Assembly (NCBI GenBank): GCA_963677595.1
Contig: OY782041.1
Coordinates: 2,176,001 to 2,240,000 of the forward strand
DNA length: 64,000 bases
Direction: 5' to 3'
From: Spirochaetia bacterium
GTDB lineage: Bacteria > Spirochaetota > Spirochaetia > CAKZLE01
Of the stretch, positions 59,578 to 64,000 are shown piece by piece. The notes beneath the pieces were generated by a model. The model did not search any database. It saw only the letters and a list, made by a program, of their open reading frames with translations, and had not been told where the DNA came from. Within the stretch, counting starts at the first letter, position 1. Every line of letters begins with the position of its first letter. The position numbers and the translations under genes are program-made.

Positions 59578-60615
59578 ATGAGGAATTTAGCTGCATATGT
59601 TGTAGAGAACAGGAAGATTGAGATCAGGGAAAGCGAGATGCCGGTATGCGGTGACCATGATGTCATGGTCAAGATCGAGTATTGCGGTGTCTGCGGATCT
59701 GATGTGCATTTCTACCAACATGGAGAACCAGCGTTCCCCGATGTCTATCCATTCATCCTTGGTCATGAATGTGCCGGGAAAGTGGTTGCGGTAGGAAGCA
59801 AGGTGACATCACACAAGATCGGGGACCGGGTAGCACTTGAACCCGGGATCACCTGCGGCTCCTGTGAGTGGTGTAAAGGTGGGAAGTATAACCTATGCCC
59901 GAATGTGAGATTTCTCTCTGCACCAACATATCAGGGGGCAATGAGGGAATTCGTCGTACATCCTGCGGAATTGTGCTTCATACTACCTGAGAACATCACC
60001 TCAATGGAGGGAGCCCTGATTGAGCCACTCGCTGTCGGGCTCAATGCAGCGACTAAATCAGGTATTACCATAGGAAAGAAGGCAGTCGTCCTCGGGGCAG
60101 GCTGCATAGGGCTTGTCACCTTACTGTCACTGAAGGCTATGGGGATCGATGACATCGCTGTAGTGGATCTGTTCGACATCAGGTTGGAGAAAGCGAAGGC
60201 TCTTGGGGCTGCCCATGTGGTGAATGCATCGGAGACCGATCCGATAGAGGCGGTTCGTTCGATCTTCGGCGGGATCGGTCCGGATTATGTGTTCGAGACA
60301 GCCGGCAGCATCCATACCGCGGAGCAGACCGTCTATATGGTGAAACGAGGCGGAACGATCGTGATGATCGGGAACACGGTCGGGAAGACGCCGTTCAATT
60401 TCCAGCTCTTCGTAGATAAAGAGGTCCAGATGCAGTCAGTCTTCAGGTACAGGAATATCTACCCCACCGCAATCGAGGCATTGAGGACGGGGAAGATCGA
60501 CCTGAGCCAGATCGTATCAAAGGTATTTGACTTTGAAGACACGATGGAAGCCTTTGAGGCGTCGATCCTTGAGAAACAGACGATGGTCAAGGCCGTTATC
60601 AAGATTAACGGATAG
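59578..60615 (+). CDS. Zn-dependent polyol (sorbitol/xylitol-like) dehydrogenase
   Basis: GVCGSDVH, LGHE, GDRVALEPG, CxxCxxC-x7-C, GAGCIG, VFRY. Confidence 0.93.
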   Translation: MRNLAAYVVENRKIEIRESEMPVCGDHDVMVKIEYCGVCGSDVHFYQHGEPAFPDVYPFILGHECAGKVVAVGSKVTSHKIGDRVALEPGITCGSCEWCKGGKYNLCPNVRFLSAPTYQGAMREFVVHPAELCFILPENITSMEGALIEPLAVGLNAATKSGITIGKKAVVLGAGCIGLVTLLSLKAMGIDDIAVVDLFDIRLEKAKALGAAHVVNASETDPIEAVRSIFGGIGPDYVFETAGSIHTAEQTVYMVKRGGTIVMIGNTVGKTPFNFQLFVDKEVQMQSVFRYRNIYPTAIEALRTGKIDLSQIVSKVFDFEDTMEAFEASILEKQTMVKAVIKING

Positions 60616-61572
60616 GTGAAGTACATGGGTGAAGTCAAGGACGTAGTATGTGTTGGATTCGTGACTACCGATATCATGGCCAACGGGGTCGAGAAGATCG
60701 AGTTCGGTGGTGTGACCAATATCGTTGATTCAGTGAGTATGCATGTTGGCGGGGATGCGTTGAATGAGGCATTCACCCTGGCCCATCTTGGCCATAAAAC
60801 CGGCCTCATGTCACTGGTCGGCAGGGATGCACAAGGTGAGTTCGTCGCTGCTGAATGCAGGAAGGCCGGTGTTGATACTGAAGGGGTTGCAATCAGTGAT
60901 ACATACCCAACCTCCACGAGTGTGGTTCTCGTTGGGAGGGATGGACAGAGAAGTTTCATATCACAGCATGGAGGCTGTGCCGATGAATACTCCCTCGATG
61001 ATATCGACCTCTCGCTGATACAGCCGGGGACCCGGGTCGTCTCCATCGGGAGTATCTTCTGCAGTAAGAGCTTTGACCAGGGAGCACTTCGTGCTGTCCT
61101 GGAGAAGGCAAAGTCGGTCGGGGCTGTCACCATCGCGGATTTTGTGCCTAACCGCAATGAAGCGAATATCGAGGAGTTGAAGGAAGTCCTCCCCCTGCTT
61201 GATTATGTGGTCCCGAGTATCGAGGAAGCGGTACTGTATACCGGGTTATCGGACCTTGATGAGATAGCAGAGGCATTCCTGAAGGCTGGAGCCGGGACCG
61301 TTCTGATTAAGATGGGAAAGAAGGGCTCCTTCGCGAAGAATGAGCACGAGAGGCTTGAACTCCCGATATATGATGCGAAAGTCATCGATACGACTGGCGC
61401 CGGAGATAATTTTGTCGCAGGGTTCATATCCGGGTTGTTGAGGGATTACTCGCTGGAGGGGTGCCTGCAGGTTGGAACAGCGACTGCCGCTGTCTCTGTA
61501 GGTTCTATCGGGGCAACAACTGGCGTTCGCAGCTTTGCCCAAGTTCAGGAAGTCATACATAAGAATTCATAA
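60616..61572 (+). CDS. PfkB family carbohydrate kinase
   Basis: GGDALN, VG.D..G, IDTTGAGDNF. Confidence 0.95.
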   Translation: MKYMGEVKDVVCVGFVTTDIMANGVEKIEFGGVTNIVDSVSMHVGGDALNEAFTLAHLGHKTGLMSLVGRDAQGEFVAAECRKAGVDTEGVAISDTYPTSTSVVLVGRDGQRSFISQHGGCADEYSLDDIDLSLIQPGTRVVSIGSIFCSKSFDQGALRAVLEKAKSVGAVTIADFVPNRNEANIEELKEVLPLLDYVVPSIEEAVLYTGLSDLDEIAEAFLKAGAGTVLIKMGKKGSFAKNEHERLELPIYDAKVIDTTGAGDNFVAGFISGLLRDYSLEGCLQVGTATAAVSVGSIGATTGVRSFAQVQEVIHKNS

Positions 61573-61584
61573 GGGAGTTATGTC

Positions 61585-62691
61585 ATGGATCATAAGATAG
61601 CGAAAGTAAGTGTTCATCTTGTGTCATACCCGATCAATGAAGGGTATCAGGATGCTACAAGAACAGTAGAGACGATTGGGTTCACTATAGTTCGTATTGT
61701 CACCGACCAGGGACTGGAAGGGTTCGGGGTAACCTACCACGAGGTTGGCGGAGAAGCGATCAAGACACTTATCGAGAAGAACATGGTCCATAAGCTTATC
61801 GGGCGGGACCCCTTCCAGACTGAGGTTATTTGGCAGGAATTCTTCCATTACCTGCGGGGAGTAGGACGGAAAGGGTTAACCTTCTGTGCGATCAGTGCCA
61901 TCGATATAGCGTTGTGGGACTTGAAGGGGAAGATCCTGGGTATGCCGCTCTATAAACTGTTTGGCGGTGTAGAGACGAAGATCCCCGTGTATGGGAGCGG
62001 CGGCTGGGTCTCGTTCTCTGATGATGACCTGGTAGCTGAGATGAAAGGTATCGTTGACCAGGGATACTCCATGATCAAGTTCAAAGTCGGGTACGACGGC
62101 GGGACCAAACCCGGCCGGGACCTGGAACGTGTACGGAAGGTCAGGGAGGCTGTAGGGCCCGATATCGGGATCATGCTGGATGCCAACAACTGCTGGGATG
62201 CCGGTACGAGTGTCTATTTTGCCAATCGGGTCAAGGAATATGACATCATGTTCTTAGAGGAACCGGTCTTTGCGGACGATATTCCGGGCCTTGCCAGATA
62301 CAAACATGGCACAGACCTGCCCCTGGCTACCGGGGAGCATGAGTATACCAAGTTTGGGGTTCGCGACCTGGTCCTCAACAATGCCGCTGATATCATCCAG
62401 GTCGATGGTACCCGCGCAGGTGGGTTCACCGAGATGCTGAAGATCGCTGCGATAACACAGGCCTGGAACCTCAAGTTCGCGCCGCACGCGATGGAGAACT
62501 TACAGATCCACCTGGTGAGTGCAGCTTATAATTCACTTTTCCTGGAACGCCTGCTGATGTTCGAGGAAGTAACCTCTCTTGTCTTTGATAATCCACCCAT
62601 GCCCGAGAATGGCTATATGCATATTCCTGACCTTCCTGGTTTGGGGCTGAAGCTGGATTTGGATTTCATCAAAGAGCATGATGAAGCGTAA
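61585..62691 (+). CDS. Mandelate racemase/MLE family enzyme (probable sugar-acid dehydratase or epimerase)
   Basis: DIALWDLKGK, KFKVG, MLDAN, FLEEP, TGEHE, APH, PGLG. Confidence 0.92.
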   Translation: MDHKIAKVSVHLVSYPINEGYQDATRTVETIGFTIVRIVTDQGLEGFGVTYHEVGGEAIKTLIEKNMVHKLIGRDPFQTEVIWQEFFHYLRGVGRKGLTFCAISAIDIALWDLKGKILGMPLYKLFGGVETKIPVYGSGGWVSFSDDDLVAEMKGIVDQGYSMIKFKVGYDGGTKPGRDLERVRKVREAVGPDIGIMLDANNCWDAGTSVYFANRVKEYDIMFLEEPVFADDIPGLARYKHGTDLPLATGEHEYTKFGVRDLVLNNAADIIQVDGTRAGGFTEMLKIAAITQAWNLKFAPHAMENLQIHLVSAAYNSLFLERLLMFEEVTSLVFDNPPMPENGYMHIPDLPGLGLKLDLDFIKEHDEA

Positions 62692-62980
62692 AGCATAATC
62701 CGCTGTTGATCGAATCAGTCATGGTTTCGGGGCTTGTGTTGAGACTGAGACCCGAACGTCAATCTTACTCATCATAGCAGCTTTGGATGAATAGCGATCC
62801 ATGTACGGATAGTAACAGGAGGTATTCAGGACAAAGAGACATTGCATGCGGTTTGTAGTTTGGAGGGGTAGGGTTTTATACAGTCTCTGAGGCGTGAGAC
62901 TGTCCATTGCTCTATATGATCTATGTAATCAACCCTTAACCATTGATTAAGGTTGAAAAGGATAAAAGGAGAAAATGATT

Positions 62981-64000
62981 ATGAAGAAACTAATCGTTTC
63001 CGTGCTTCTTCTCAGCGTACTGCTGACTGGAGCGTTCGCAGGTGGTGCAGCTGAGAAAGCTACCACGTCTGACAGCGGGCTTCCCTATGAGGAGCTGGTA
63101 ATCTACTGGCTCAAGATCGGTGAAGCTTCTGACATGCCGAGAATACAGGCAAAGGTTAATGAGATCCTGATGGATAAGCTCAACTGTGAGGTAAGGTTCG
63201 AAGTGATCGATACCGCTGAGTTCTCACAGCAGTTCACCCTGGCTATGGCTTCCGGTGAGCAGGTCGACCTGGCAATCTCCGGGGACTGGATCAACTATTC
63301 CACCAACGTGGCTAGTGAGATGTACGTTCCTATCGATGATCTCCTGGCAAAATACGGTTCAGACCTTAAGAAATATGTCCCCGAGGATATCATTGCATGT
63401 TCGAACTATAAAGGGAAACCCTATGGTGTAGCTTCTATCCGTGAATGGGCAACTGACTTCGGCTGGACAGGTAGAACAGATATCCTGGACAAATACAACA
63501 TCGACCGAGCAGCGATCAAGACTTGGGAAGACCTTACCCCCGTTTTCAAGACTATCGTTGACGGCGAAGGCGTCCCTGTCGTCATCTATGAATCAGCTGG
63601 TGACTCCGTCATTTCCGGTTTCTATTCTGGTTACTTCGATTCCCTTTCTGACTTCAACGGCGTACTTGACTTCAGCGTTGACAATATGACAAGTACGAAG
63701 GTCGTGAACATGTTCGAGACTCCTTCATACCTGAGGTTCGCGAAACTGGTCAAGACGTGGAATGATATTGGCGCTATCCCCCCTAACGCATCAACCATGA
63801 CAGAAGCACATAATACGCTCCTGAGGGCAGGTTCTGTTCTCGGATATATCTCCAAGATGAAACCTGGATATGACAACAAGGAATCGATCTCCAATGGCTA
63901 TGACGTAGAGTCTATCCACCTGTCAGATATCGTCCAGTCAACTGGTACGGTTGCCAACATCATGTACTCGATTCCTTATACCACGGTCGACGCAGACCGA
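62981..64000 (+). CDS. ABC sugar-binding protein (runs off window end)
   Basis: Own translation: MKKLIVSVLLLSVLLTGAFAGGAAEK...MPRIQAKVNEILMDKLNCEV...LAMASGEQVDL; AAGGAG RBS. Absent from the ORF track, consistent with no stop codon in the window. Confidence 0.88.
   Translation, partial: MKKLIVSVLLLSVLLTGAFAGGAAEKATTSDSGLPYEELVIYWLKIGEASDMPRIQAKVNEILMDKLNCEVRFEVIDTAEFSQQFTLAMASGEQVDLAISGDWINYSTNVASEMYVPIDDLLAKYGSDLKKYVPEDIIACSNYKGKPYGVASIREWATDFGWTGRTDILDKYNIDRAAIKTWEDLTPVFKTIVDGEGVPVVIYESAGDSVISGFYSGYFDSLSDFNGVLDFSVDNMTSTKVVNMFETPSYLRFAKLVKTWNDIGAIPPNASTMTEAHNTLLRAGSVLGYISKMKPGYDNKESISNGYDVESIHLSDIVQSTGTVANIMYSIPYTTVDADR

Overview
Bacterial chromosome segment, probably a spirochaete (inferred from the FAGG/ANGQQE-type binding-protein N-termini and the lipoprotein style). 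GC-rich core genes (rseC-like, ymdB, a GH3 beta-glucosidase) end at tRNA-Leu(CAG) (3322-3405), an integration hot spot. Island 1 (~3406-33173) holds a destroyed SIR2-like gene and nine mobile-element insertions (an IS630 plus an eight-element nest of IS1634-like, IS4-like, Mutator-like, IS21 and RIT elements; six have exact ends and five have readable TSDs). It also holds a large-serine-recombinase remnant and an AT-rich operon of two lipoproteins, a CsgG-like protein and four paralogous repeat-stalk lipoproteins with divergent C-type-lectin-like tips. Island 1 ends in a symmetric att-like site centred on the same CA as the tRNA 3' end. Island 2 (~33174-45341) is a LacI-controlled TRAP/sugar-acid catabolic locus ending in a decayed copy of the tRNA 3' half. 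The rest is carbohydrate catabolism genes (UroD-like protein, aldolases, kinases, AOR, nanA-like lyase, enolase-superfamily enzyme, ABC binding protein) plus a TetR/rifamycin-phosphotransferase-like pair. All family calls come from motif recognition by eye; no database searches were run.
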